Of a stretch of 64,000 nucleotides of DNA, positions 54,012 to 63,710 are shown piece by piece; the stretch's first letter is position 1; the number at the start of each line of letters is the position of its first letter. Location of the stretch: positions 1-64,000 of the IMG/VR virus record IMGVR_UViG_3300044710_000137, one strand, 5' to 3'. The notes beneath the pieces are model-generated. The model had not been told where the DNA came from and searched no databases. It saw only the letters and a list, made by a program, of their open reading frames with translations. Position numbers and translations under genes: made by a program. This DNA comes from a virus.

Positions 54012-54923
54012 ATGCGCATATCCCCTCCCGATTGGGTAGCTAAACTCTCGAGTGAACTTCATCGCCTTCGTGACGCTGAAGACACTTCCATTGAAGCTGT
54101 AAACCTTCGCGCCAGGGAAGTAAGAGACCATGGCCCCGCGGTATTCAAGCTCCTCGTGGAACAAGCCCGTAGCGCTTCCGCCATGCTTGGGCTCCTCTGT
54201 GATTCAAGAGCCAACTGGTTGATGATCAAGAATACCGGCGCACCCTTCAGGATGCTCCAGGCCACCTTGGATATCGAAGGCATGGGGATCGCCGTGAACT
54301 ACACCTTGGGCTCGTTGATCGGCGGAAGGAACCCGGCCATCACCAAGGATTTCGTGGACATCCGCTTGTCGCCGCCCGAGAACTATCTGGTATTGGTTCA
54401 CGCCGGCACGCAGTTGAAAGCGGCGGATGTGCTGGAAGTGCTATTCAGGAACGCGTTTCTCCCGAACTAGGGCGCAATGATTCAAATCACGCAAGACGAG
54501 AACGGGGCCTTACTTTCGGACGACCGCGCCATCCTGCCGGCCGGAATGCTCGATCCGATCTTCGAATGGCTCCAGGATCTCAACAGCGACCGTCCGGACC
54601 AGCACCGGCGCTTCCGGCTGCCGATGGAACTCCCCGTCTGGCCGATGGATGGTGAGTCTCCGGACTTCTCCGCGACGATAACCGAGAGGGTCCTCCTCTT
54701 CGAAAAGACGCAATGGGCGGCAACCAGCGATAACGTGACACGGTTGTTTATGGCCGCGAGATCGCTGAATTCCGACGAGCCAAAATATGAGATTCTGGGC
54801 CCGGAAGTTGCGCGGCGTCCCACCGTGGGCGGCTATCGGCTAATCTGTCGCGATCCGATCAGTGCGCAGTTAAAGTACCAAGCCTATCGCTTGGGATTAC
54901 CACGCCCAGCCACCAGCCACTAG
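54012..54923 (+). CDS. Two hypothetical genes (54012-54470, 54477-54923)
   Basis: Co-oriented ORFs. Confidence 0.6.
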
Positions 54924-54929
54924 CCACCG
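54905..54929 (+). repeat. Heptamer tandem array
   Basis: ccagcca ccagcca ctagcca ccg between convergent genes. Confidence 0.75.
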
Positions 54930-54934
54930 CTTTT

Positions 54935-55876
54935 TCAGCCACGGTACTTAGGCTCGTCCCACCGCTCGATGACGTGCATCTTGAACACGCCCGCGGGCGT
55001 CTTCGCGCCTACCCCCGCGAACGGATCGCGGATACGCTCCACTTCGGTGACGCAGATCCGCACATCGTCGCCAAAGCGCTCCGCGATGGTCTTCACCGTT
55101 TCGAGGACGGGGAAGGGAACTGGGGTCTTACCCTCCGCGTTGTAGAGCCGTTTTCCAAGGCCGAAGTTGGACATGCCCACACCTTCGAGATCCTGCTTGC
55201 GCAGCGGGTACCAGTTCCACTTCGCATAACCGCCGATGCCATCCCAGTTCTGCGATGGCTTACATAGGCCGTCCAAGTAGGCTTTCACGGATTCGATGGG
55301 ATACACCTCGATGAAGTTCTCCGCGAGGAACGCTTCCAATTCCGCATTGATTGCCGCCGGATCGTAAATCCCCAGCGAACGCGCCAGAGTGCGGTATTCT
55401 TCGTCGCAGCCGGGATCGAGCGTGGAAACGGCCACGGCGGATTTCGTGGGCGCGATTGGTGGTGTTGGCTTTGATGGCTCGGTGTGTTGCCTAATCCGCG
55501 GGAAGTCTATCGTCCACCAGTCGAGAGAGCCAGTCAGCCTCGACGGCGGATCGAACCTTATCGGCGGACGCATCGACGCACTCCAATCATCCGGCTGGCG
55601 CATGTACCGATCCTCATGGCCGGGATTAGCCATATCCATAGCCAAACGCTCCGCGTAGCCGGGCGGCAGAATCCGGGTGTCCACGATATCGCGGATAGCG
55701 TGCTGGATGGCCTCCATTCGAAGTATTGGATCGGCCGAGGCGACCCGCTCGCGCAAAATGTGCCGCGCAATAACTTCGGCACCCTGGCCGCTGCGAATCA
55801 TCCTTTCCTCGAAGCTGCGTACTTCGATCTCGTGGGCCAGCGCCTCCGTTTCCATCACCGCTGTTTGAGTAGGCAT
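54935..55876 (-). CDS. Hypothetical protein (DP...IERWDEP C-terminus)
   Basis: Start MPTQTA at 55876; upstream extension overlaps portal. Confidence 0.7.
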   Translation of the reverse strand: MPTQTAVMETEALAHEIEVRSFEERMIRSGQGAEVIARHILRERVASADPILRMEAIQHAIRDIVDTRILPPGYAERLAMDMANPGHEDRYMRQPDDWSASMRPPIRFDPPSRLTGSLDWWTIDFPRIRQHTEPSKPTPPIAPTKSAVAVSTLDPGCDEEYRTLARSLGIYDPAAINAELEAFLAENFIEVYPIESVKAYLDGLCKPSQNWDGIGGYAKWNWYPLRKQDLEGVGMSNFGLGKRLYNAEGKTPVPFPVLETVKTIAERFGDDVRICVTEVERIRDPFAGVGAKTPAGVFKMHVIERWDEPKYRG

Positions 55877-55900
55877 ACCTGAAGCATAGCGCTTTCGCGC

Positions 55901-55938
55901 ACCCAACACCCAGCACCTAGAACCCAGCACCCACCCCC
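55901..55938 (+). repeat. Heptamer tandem array (CCCAGCA type)
   Basis: Upstream of portal start. Confidence 0.75.
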
Positions 55939-55940
55939 AA

Positions 55941-58322
55941 TTGACCAAAAAGCAGCAGCCGTCCTTCTCGATGCCCGCGCCGACGCCAAAAGGCCGAAGG
56001 CCGCGCAACCTCCGGACGACCGTTTCAAGCGGCCCCGAGCCGAACAAGGATTTGACGGCGGTATCGGCCATCGATCCCGTTCCCGGTATTGACGGCGATC
56101 CCGAGAAGATCCGGCACGGCGAAATACTGATGCGCGCCAAAGCGCGATTTCGCAAGGCCAACGATGCCGACCAAAACGATAGGGCCGAAGCCTTATTGGA
56201 TCTCAGGTTCTACGTGGGCCAGCAGTGGGACGACGGCGTATACAACGAAAGATTTACGTCTGGCCGGCCGGCCGAGACGTTCAACCGCATCCAGCCCATC
56301 TGCCGCATGGTGGCGAACGAGTTTCGCCAACAGCGTCCCTCCGTCCAGGTGCGGCCCGTGGGATCGGGCGCCGACATTAGTGTTGCCGAACTATACGAGG
56401 GAATCGTCCGGCACATCGAAACGCAATCCGACGCGGAAACGGCGTACGACTTCGCGGACGAAATGATGGTGGTCTGCGGGCGGGGCTCGTTCCGCTTCGT
56501 GTGCGAGTGGGTGGACGAACTGGACGAGACGGGCCACCCGCTGTGGATCCAGGAAATCAAAGTTCAGAAAATCCTGAATCCCTTCGCCGTCTATTGGGAT
56601 CCCTCCGCGGTCCAGCCCGACAAATCGGACGCGCTCTACTGCTTCATCACCGAGGACGTGGATCGCGACGAGTTCAAGGCGCAGTACCCGAATGCCTCGT
56701 TAACCTCGCTCTCCAATTTCCGTGGAACGGGCGACGAGCAGCTCTGGTTCCCGGAAGGCAATCGCATCCGGGTAGCCGAGTACTTCGAGATAACGAGTAC
56801 GGAACGCAACGCCTGCATCATGCAGGATGGCACCGTGCGCTGGGAAGACGAACTCGCCGGTGAGAAACCGTTAGCCACGCGCGCCGTCAGCACGCAAAAG
56901 TGCGACTGGTACAAAATCTCGGGCGTTGAAGTCGTCGAGGAAGCCGTTATCCCCGGCGAATTCATCCCCGTGGTGACCATGCAGGGGCACGAGTACATCG
57001 TGCAGGACAAGCGCATGTCTATGGGCCTCGCCAGAACTATGCGGGGCGCGCAGCGCATGTACAACGTAGCCAGGAATGGGGCTATCGAGTGCGTCCTATT
57101 GGCTCCCAGGGCTCCCTGGATCGTGTGGGAAGGCCAGACCGAGAACCACGAGCAGGAATGGAAACAGGCCAACATCCGCAACATGCCGTACCTGACCGTG
57201 CGGCCCGTCGCCGGTCCCGATGGCACGCTGTTACCCGCGCCAACCCGGAACACGTGGGAAGCGCCCATCCAGTCCATGACGCAGCTCATGGGCCAGGCGG
57301 ATAACGATGTCAAGGCCACCAGTGGGATTTATGACGCAAGTCTGGGTAATAAAGATTCGCAGGACCGCAGCGGAAAAGCGATCCAGGCTCTCCAGACGCA
57401 AGGCGCCACCGCGACCTTCAGCTACTCGGACAACGCCGCACGGGGAATAAGGCAAGCGGGCGCCATTATGACGTCCATGATTCCGCACATCTACGACACG
57501 GCGCGGGTTCAGCGCATAGTCAAGCCGGACGGCTCGGCCGAGATGATCCCGATCAACCAGCACTTCCAGTTGGTACCGGGCGAAGACGGACGCATTGAAA
57601 ACAAACTGCTGGACGCCGCTATCCCCGGCATGTCCAAATTCCACGACTTGACCATCGGCAAATACGATGTCGTGGTGGCGATGGGTCCTTCCTTCCAGAC
57701 CAAGCGGCAGGAAGCATTTTCGTTATTGGTCGATCTCGCCAAGGCGTTCCCGCAAATTATGCAGGTTGCGGGCGACATCATCACCGCCAACTGGGACGCG
57801 CCGTTCGCGCAGGAATTGTCGAAGCGCCTCAAATTCCTGTTGCCTCCGGCCATTCAACAGGCCGAAGCGCAAACCGCCGGCCAGCAGGCTATCAGCCCCG
57901 CCGCCTTCGCCCAACAACAGCAGATTATCCAGGGGTTACAGGCACAATTGCAACAACTGGTTCAGGTATTGCGCGAGAAGAAGATAGAGGCGGACGGCAA
58001 GACCAGGATCGCGCTGATGAACAATATCGCGGGCATCATCGAGGCGGAGGTCAAGGCCGGAAGCGTTTCGGCTGGCGGACTGGCCCAGATGAACATGGAC
58101 GCCGTAGGGCGCATGGTGGATATGATGATGGCCTCCGCGCAAGCAGACCAGGCGGACGCCGCGGCTACGCAGGAGCAAACGCATCAGGCAGGATTGGCGC
58201 AAGCTCAACAGGGCCACGAAGCGGACCTCGCGGCTCAACAGCAACAGCACGAGAAAGATTTAGCCGCTATGCCGCCGGCAGCCGCGCCCCAGGGTAGCGG
58301 TTCAATGCCTCTTGCCGCGTGA
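55941..58322 (+). CDS. Portal protein, P22 gp1-like
   Basis: DLRFYVGQQW, RP.TFNRI, VYWDP...D.SDA, SGKAI, GKYDV...GPSF.TKRQEA, C-terminal Gln-rich barrel. Confidence 0.92.
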   Translation: MTKKQQPSFSMPAPTPKGRRPRNLRTTVSSGPEPNKDLTAVSAIDPVPGIDGDPEKIRHGEILMRAKARFRKANDADQNDRAEALLDLRFYVGQQWDDGVYNERFTSGRPAETFNRIQPICRMVANEFRQQRPSVQVRPVGSGADISVAELYEGIVRHIETQSDAETAYDFADEMMVVCGRGSFRFVCEWVDELDETGHPLWIQEIKVQKILNPFAVYWDPSAVQPDKSDALYCFITEDVDRDEFKAQYPNASLTSLSNFRGTGDEQLWFPEGNRIRVAEYFEITSTERNACIMQDGTVRWEDELAGEKPLATRAVSTQKCDWYKISGVEVVEEAVIPGEFIPVVTMQGHEYIVQDKRMSMGLARTMRGAQRMYNVARNGAIECVLLAPRAPWIVWEGQTENHEQEWKQANIRNMPYLTVRPVAGPDGTLLPAPTRNTWEAPIQSMTQLMGQADNDVKATSGIYDASLGNKDSQDRSGKAIQALQTQGATATFSYSDNAARGIRQAGAIMTSMIPHIYDTARVQRIVKPDGSAEMIPINQHFQLVPGEDGRIENKLLDAAIPGMSKFHDLTIGKYDVVVAMGPSFQTKRQEAFSLLVDLAKAFPQIMQVAGDIITANWDAPFAQELSKRLKFLLPPAIQQAEAQTAGQQAISPAAFAQQQQIIQGLQAQLQQLVQVLREKKIEADGKTRIALMNNIAGIIEAEVKAGSVSAGGLAQMNMDAVGRMVDMMMASAQADQADAAATQEQTHQAGLAQAQQGHEADLAAQQQQHEKDLAAMPPAAAPQGSGSMPLAA

Positions 58323-58838
58323 GGGTTTCGTTAATGATGACGCCGCTGTAGAATTGCAGGTCGCGGCAACGCTCCTCCTCCAATTTCTCCCAGTGTGCCT
58401 GTATTCGCGCCCACGCGGGTCGCATGTAGCACCTGTCGAATTCTTCTAAGCTGAGGTAATACGGCCAGGGAAAAGCCGCCTTCGGTATTGAGATGAGCCT
58501 CGCCCCCGGACGCCATAGCAGCTTCTCCGGGTCCAGCGCGGCTCCAGCCAGGATAGCGAACAGGGCGCGGCGGGTTAAGGCAGCGTTCGGCATCACAGCC
58601 CCTCCGACTCGTCTGCATCGGTAATCCGTACCGGGTCCATACCCCGTTCCTTCATGGCCTGCTCTTTCAAGAGCACGTTCAGGTGCGGGCGTATTTCAGC
58701 CTCTTTCTCGGATGGACAAGGCAACGCAAGAATCTCGAAATGCGAATTAGCGTCGTAGTCAATCTCGAAACAGTATGTACCCACATGCCGTTGGCCTTCG
58801 GGTTTATGCTTGTCCACGATTGAGACGCCGATAATCAT
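58267..58838 (-). CDS. Two small antisense genes (58267-58596, 58593-58838)
   Basis: Coupled ORFs; the 58267-58596 product has a twin-Arg-like N-terminus. Confidence 0.55.
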
Positions 58839-58884
58839 AGGCTCACGACTCCGATCTTACCAGCCCCTACCCCTTTTTAGGTAT

Positions 58885-58970
58885 TGGCGAGCTTCGAGCT
58901 TTTGGCGCCCGCGAACATCGGGCCAATGGGTGAGCGCTTCACTGCCGCGCACCTTTCGCCGCATGCCCGA
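58885..58970 (-). repeat. Family B element
   Basis: TGGCGAGCTTCGAGCTTTTGGCGCCCGCG..CGGGCCAATGGGTGAGCG..GCCGCGCACCTTTCGCCGCATGCCCG. Confidence 0.9.
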
Positions 58971-58999
58971 CTGATGACGGCGCTGCATTTCCCCCACGT

Positions 59000-59030
59000 C
59001 CAGCCACCAGCCACCGACCACCAGCCACCG
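59000..59030 (+). repeat. Heptamer tandem array
   Basis: ccagcca ccagcca ccgacca ccagcca ccg, 5 nt before ATG 59036. Confidence 0.85.
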
Positions 59031-59233
59031 CCTTTATGACGCGCGCCCAATCCAAAAAACACGGCAAGATCCCCTCGGACCTGGTGCCGTCGATCCTGCG
59101 CGGCCGCGGAAACAACCCGCCAGTGCCCGCCAGCCAATTGCGTAAATGGTCCCGCATGCGCCTCGAAACCTTCCTGCGTAACGGCCAGCCTCCAACCCCG
59201 GTAAACAAGCGTTTCTAAAAAGGATTTCTCTCC

Positions 59234-59686
59234 ATGTACACTCCCGCGTTCATCTCGAAGCAAGGCTCGTTCGATAGCGATATCAACGGCCAATTGAATC
59301 TGAATTTCCTCCTGGCCACCCTCTCCATGGGTCTTGGCGCGCCCTCCGCGATCGCCGCGTCCGGCGCCGTGAATCCGAACGTCTCGGGTTGCTACGTCAT
59401 CACCAAATCGACTGCCTTAGCGGCTCTGACTTTGGCCGCTCCGATTGCCGGCGCGCCGCAGTTCAATGCGCAAGGCGTCAACGTGGGCGGCAACGACGGA
59501 ACGATTATCTTCTTCACCTCGAATTCGGCGTATGCGCACACCGTCACGGCGACGGGACTCTACCAGGACGGCGCGGGCGATGTGAACCTGGCGACGTTTG
59601 CGGCGCATGCCGGGGCGTCGTTCGCCATCTGGGCGTACAACGGCAAGTGGAATACGCTGTTTTTGCAAAACGTCACGATGAGCTAG
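59234..59686 (+). CDS. Putative head decoration protein
   Basis: Beta-rich ALTLAAP...AHTVTATG protein in head module; AAGGA SD. Confidence 0.6.
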   Translation: MYTPAFISKQGSFDSDINGQLNLNFLLATLSMGLGAPSAIAASGAVNPNVSGCYVITKSTALAALTLAAPIAGAPQFNAQGVNVGGNDGTIIFFTSNSAYAHTVTATGLYQDGAGDVNLATFAAHAGASFAIWAYNGKWNTLFLQNVTMS

Positions 59687-59919
59687 TCTCTGGCCGTATT
59701 CGCTCGACGTGGAATGAACCGATAACTTTATCGCATGCGGCGCAAGTCACCACGAGTGTCCGGGTAGCTTTGTCGTAGGCGACTTTAGCCAGCGGGCTCC
59801 GGTGACACTTCGAATACAGGATCAACTGGCAGTCGTCATGGTTGCACCCAGGCGTAGCGCAATGCGCGTTCTGCAGGTCCTCGCTGTACAGCGCCATGGG
59901 CCAATCGTAACCCATCTCT

Positions 59920-60000
59920 ACCAGCGGAAGGTGCGCGGCAGACAGCCATAGCAAAGGTCACCACAAGCCCGCGCGCCACTGAACACATCGAAGCTCCCAA
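59920..60000 (+). repeat. Family B element (ACCAGCGGAA subtype)
   Basis: ACCAGCGGAAGGTGCGCGGCA..GCGCGCC..ATCGAAGCTCCCAA. Confidence 0.75.
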
Positions 60001-60111
60001 CCTATAAAGATTTTCCAACCTCGACCCTAGCGGCTGGGTCAGGGAATACCAACCTTCCCAGAATTAAAACCGTGACAAAAATATCATCCCCCAAAGGACG
60101 AAAGAACAATA

Positions 60112-61170
60112 ATGGAAATAGTCAGCACTACTGACAGCTACGAGCAATCAGCCGCAGCGCTCGCAGCTCACGGTTACGAGGCAGAGCCCAAACCGACCGC
60201 GGCGCCACCCTCCGCCGATTCCCCGGTTGAACAAGTAACACCCCCTACCGAGGAAATCAAAACCGATCCGGACCCGGACGCCGGACTTTTGGAACAGGTA
60301 CAGCCGGGAGTAAAACCAGCTCCCAAGAAGAAGCAGAGCGCCCAGGAGCGCATCGACGAGATAACCGCCCAGCGTTATGAAGAACGCGGACGCTTACAGG
60401 CTGAAATCGACCGCCTGAAAGCCTCCATCGAGGGAAAGCCCGCGGATAAGCCCATCCCGCCTCCCGTGGTGGAACCAATGAAGCCGGAACGGCCCAAGCG
60501 TCCCAAGCAGTCGGAATTCGACACCACTGAAGAATTCGAGACAGCCGATGGCGTTTACGACACCGCCATGGAGAAGTACGAAACGGACCTGGCCACCTAC
60601 ACCGAGGACCGCGCCGTAGCCAAATTCCAACAGCAGCAGGCCCAAGAAGCCTCCGTTGCCAGAGTTACGGCTATCCACGCCGCCGGGCTCGATAAATATT
60701 CGGACTACGAGGACGTCGTGCAGAAAAACGACGCCATCACCATCTCGACAGCCATGTTGGATGCTATCGGCGAGTACGAAAACGCCGAGGACTTCCTCCA
60801 CTTCATCGGGACTCATCCCGCCGAAGCCGCCGAGTATGTCGCGGATACCTTCACTCCAGGGACAACGATGTATAGCCCCCGTGAGGCGCGCGCCGCCGGC
60901 CGCATCGTGGCCAACCTCGCGGCGCAGTTCGCCGCCGCACCCGTCGCTCCCTTAGCTCCTCTTGCAGCTCCTGCAACCGATTCACCCGCCGCGCCCCCCG
61001 CGGTTCCTCCCGTCGCTGCACCTGTTCCAACCCGCAGAATAACCGCGGCACCCGCTCCCATAGCCCCGCTCCGCCCCTCCGCCGCAGCCGGTCAACCCGA
61101 TCCCAAAAGGGAAATCGGCAAGAACGGCTGGACGGTCGCCAAAGAGCGCGAGCTGATGAAGCGCCGCTAA
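60112..61170 (+). CDS. Capsid scaffolding protein
   Basis: Acidic helical, QERIDEITAQR, P..SEF.T.EE, ITAAPAPIAPL; between portal and capsid. Confidence 0.8.
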   Translation: MEIVSTTDSYEQSAAALAAHGYEAEPKPTAAPPSADSPVEQVTPPTEEIKTDPDPDAGLLEQVQPGVKPAPKKKQSAQERIDEITAQRYEERGRLQAEIDRLKASIEGKPADKPIPPPVVEPMKPERPKRPKQSEFDTTEEFETADGVYDTAMEKYETDLATYTEDRAVAKFQQQQAQEASVARVTAIHAAGLDKYSDYEDVVQKNDAITISTAMLDAIGEYENAEDFLHFIGTHPAEAAEYVADTFTPGTTMYSPREARAAGRIVANLAAQFAAAPVAPLAPLAAPATDSPAAPPAVPPVAAPVPTRRITAAPAPIAPLRPSAAAGQPDPKREIGKNGWTVAKERELMKRR

Positions 61171-61177
61171 CCCGAGA

Positions 61178-61256
61178 ACGGTGATTGGTGGCTGGTGGCT
61201 GGTGGCTGGTGGATTAGTTTTCCACCGGCCACTGACCACTGCCCACTGACCACTGC
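61178..61256. repeat. Heptamer arrays forming a long imperfect hairpin; 5' part repeated at 62528-62578
   Basis: (GGTGGCT)n GGTGGA TTAGTTT TCCACC ..(CCACTGA)n. Confidence 0.8.
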
Positions 61257-61274
61257 TTTCTTCTAAGGATTTCC

Positions 61275-62522
61275 ATGTTTCCTCCCAACCAAGAGCTGAC
61301 GATCAGCATGATTACCAATCGTGCCTTGATCGTCCTCGAAAACGACCTCAGTTTCTCAAACACCGTCGATAAGTCGTATAACGACTCGTTCGGCGTCGAT
61401 GGCGCCAAAATCGGCGCAGTCATCAACATCCGCAAGCCGGCGCAGTACGTTGTGAACGTCGGACCGGCCATGCAGCCCCAGAGCTTCGTCGAGACCTATG
61501 TCCCGCTGACGCTCACCACGCAGGCGCAAGTCAGCGTGAACTTCACCACCACGGAACTTCTGTTGAACGTCGACGAGTTCCAGGACCGCGTTCTGAAACC
61601 GGCTATCGCGGCGATCGCTAACAAGATCGACTCCGATGGAACGGCTCTCGCACAGCTCGTTCCCAACTTCGTCGGCATCCCCGGCGTGACGCCCAACCAG
61701 ATCCTGACCTACCTTCTGGCAGGCGTGCAATTGGATAACAACAGCACCCCGGACGATGGGGAGCGCTCCGTCACGGTTTATCCGCTGGCGCAAGCCACCA
61801 TCGTAGACGCCTTGAAGGGCCTCTATAACCCCCAGAAAATGATTGGCGACCAAAACATCAAGGGCGCCATGGGCTCGGGGTTCATCGGCGAATGGTACAA
61901 GGACCAGAACGTTTGGACTCAAACCATCGGCGCGCTCGGCGGGACTCCCGTCGTGAATCTCGGCGCCCAGACCGGCAGCTCCATCAACATCACCGGTTGC
62001 ACCGCGAACATCGTCAATTGGCTGAACCAGGGCGACAAGGTGCAATTCACGGGCGTTTATGCCGTGAACACGCAGTCCAAGGCCCAGATCAACACCCTCC
62101 AGGGCTTCACCCTAACGGCGCCGGCTTCGACCACCGCAGGCGGCACGGCAGTCCTGCAAATCTCCCCGGCCATCGTGACCACGGGAGCTCAGCAGAACGT
62201 CTCCAATTCGCCCATCAACGGCGCGTCTGTTCTGCCTTACGGCCTCTCCACCACTTCGACGCCCACCGAAAGCACCATCGCCGGCGTCAACACCCCGCAG
62301 TCGATGCTCTATCACAAGGACGCCTTCACGGTGGCCTCGGTCGATATGTTCGTTCCCAAGAATGTCGAAATGGGAGCGCGGGCTTCGGACAAACAGGTCG
62401 GTTTCTCACTCCGCATTCTGAGAAATTACGACATCTATCAGGATGGTCTACCGTGCCGCGTGGACGTGCTCTACGGCTGGCAGGCGATCCGTCCGCAGAC
62501 GGCCTGCATCATCACCGGCTAA
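61275..62522 (+). CDS. Major capsid protein, P22 gp5 coat family
   Basis: LTI.MIT..AL..LEN.L.F, GAKIG..INIRKP, LKPAIA.IANKID, YHKDAFT, CRVDVLYGW..IRP. Confidence 0.92.
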   Translation: MFPPNQELTISMITNRALIVLENDLSFSNTVDKSYNDSFGVDGAKIGAVINIRKPAQYVVNVGPAMQPQSFVETYVPLTLTTQAQVSVNFTTTELLLNVDEFQDRVLKPAIAAIANKIDSDGTALAQLVPNFVGIPGVTPNQILTYLLAGVQLDNNSTPDDGERSVTVYPLAQATIVDALKGLYNPQKMIGDQNIKGAMGSGFIGEWYKDQNVWTQTIGALGGTPVVNLGAQTGSSINITGCTANIVNWLNQGDKVQFTGVYAVNTQSKAQINTLQGFTLTAPASTTAGGTAVLQISPAIVTTGAQQNVSNSPINGASVLPYGLSTTSTPTESTIAGVNTPQSMLYHKDAFTVASVDMFVPKNVEMGARASDKQVGFSLRILRNYDIYQDGLPCRVDVLYGWQAIRPQTACIITG

Positions 62523-62527
62523 TTGAA

Positions 62528-62578
62528 AACGGTGGCTGGTGGTTGGTGGCTGGTGGCTGGTGGATTAGTTTTCCACCA
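62528..62578. repeat. Direct repeat of 61178-61226 after the capsid gene
   Basis: AACGGTG..TGGTGG.TGGTGGCTGGTGGCTGGTGGATTAGTTTTCCACC. Confidence 0.85.
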
Positions 62579-62633
62579 GTTGCCAGTCCATAGGCCCTAG
62601 CCACTCTCTCTTCAACAAGGAAAAACCACTACC

Positions 62634-63677
62634 ATGAAAAACCTCACTCGCAACTTCTTCGCCGGCCTCGCACTCGTCGCCGCGCTTCCCTTTTTGGGCC
62701 TGGCGCAGCTCGCCACCCAATCGACTACCACCACCGCGGCTATTTCCGCGCCCAACGCGGCCACCCCGTCCACCCTGTACGACACGTTCTACGTGACGTC
62801 CACCACGGGCATGCTGGCGCAAACCTCCCTCGGCACCATTCAGACCTGGCTGTATCTCGACAAAGAGGCGGCTCCCGTCATCGCGGTCCCCAGCACCACC
62901 TCTGTGACCGTGGCTCGCGGCAGCGGCAGCTATAACCTGGCGACTTCGCCCGGCGCGCACGTCTCGGGCGTCACCGTATTATTCGGCCCGTTCAACAACT
63001 TTGTCGGCTCCGATCCGTCCGGATCTTGCGTCTCGACGAACTACCAATACCTCCCGCTCGTCGCTACGGCCACCGGCCACCTGATTAACTGCGACTCGAT
63101 CTCCTCGACTGCGCAGATCTTCGCCCGGACCGGCCCCTCGTATTTCGTCAGCCCTGCCGGCTGCGGTATCTTGGCCACCACGACCGCGACTACCGACGAT
63201 GGCATGGTGACCCTGGCCGCGGGTAATGCCGTTCGCAAGCTGGTGACCAACACCACGGCGGGAACGACCAACTTCACCTGTCCCATCAATCCGCCCAGCG
63301 ACGCGCTGGCTAATGGGAAGGGCATTATCATCACCTCGGTCTCGGAAATGTACGGCGTGCAAGGTACGGGTGGTCTTTACACCTCTACCACGTCGCCCAT
63401 TATCGACTCCGTGACCTATGCCGCGGCTGGCGGAACCGCCAAGGGCACCGTGACTACCACGGCATGCGGAACCCTTACGCAAACGCCGGCGTCTCTGGTA
63501 ACGGCCGTAACCACGTCGGGGGTGTACAACACCGTCAATATGGCTTGCGGAACTCCGTTCTATGCCAATAGCGCAAGTCCGGTTTCACTGGTGTTCGACT
63601 TCCTGTTGGGAAACACCACTACAGCATTGACCTATCAATTGCCTGGGTTGGTTGTTTACTACGATCAACCTCTCTAA
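62634..63677 (+). CDS. Thr-rich protein with N-terminal signal peptide
   Basis: MKNLTRNFFAGLALVAALPFLGLAQ; VTVARG...A.AH motif. Confidence 0.7.
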   Translation: MKNLTRNFFAGLALVAALPFLGLAQLATQSTTTTAAISAPNAATPSTLYDTFYVTSTTGMLAQTSLGTIQTWLYLDKEAAPVIAVPSTTSVTVARGSGSYNLATSPGAHVSGVTVLFGPFNNFVGSDPSGSCVSTNYQYLPLVATATGHLINCDSISSTAQIFARTGPSYFVSPAGCGILATTTATTDDGMVTLAAGNAVRKLVTNTTAGTTNFTCPINPPSDALANGKGIIITSVSEMYGVQGTGGLYTSTTSPIIDSVTYAAAGGTAKGTVTTTACGTLTQTPASLVTAVTTSGVYNTVNMACGTPFYANSASPVSLVFDFLLGNTTTALTYQLPGLVVYYDQPL

Positions 63678-63710
63678 GACTGAAGTTCTTGGATGAAACT
63701 GCTCAGGGTT

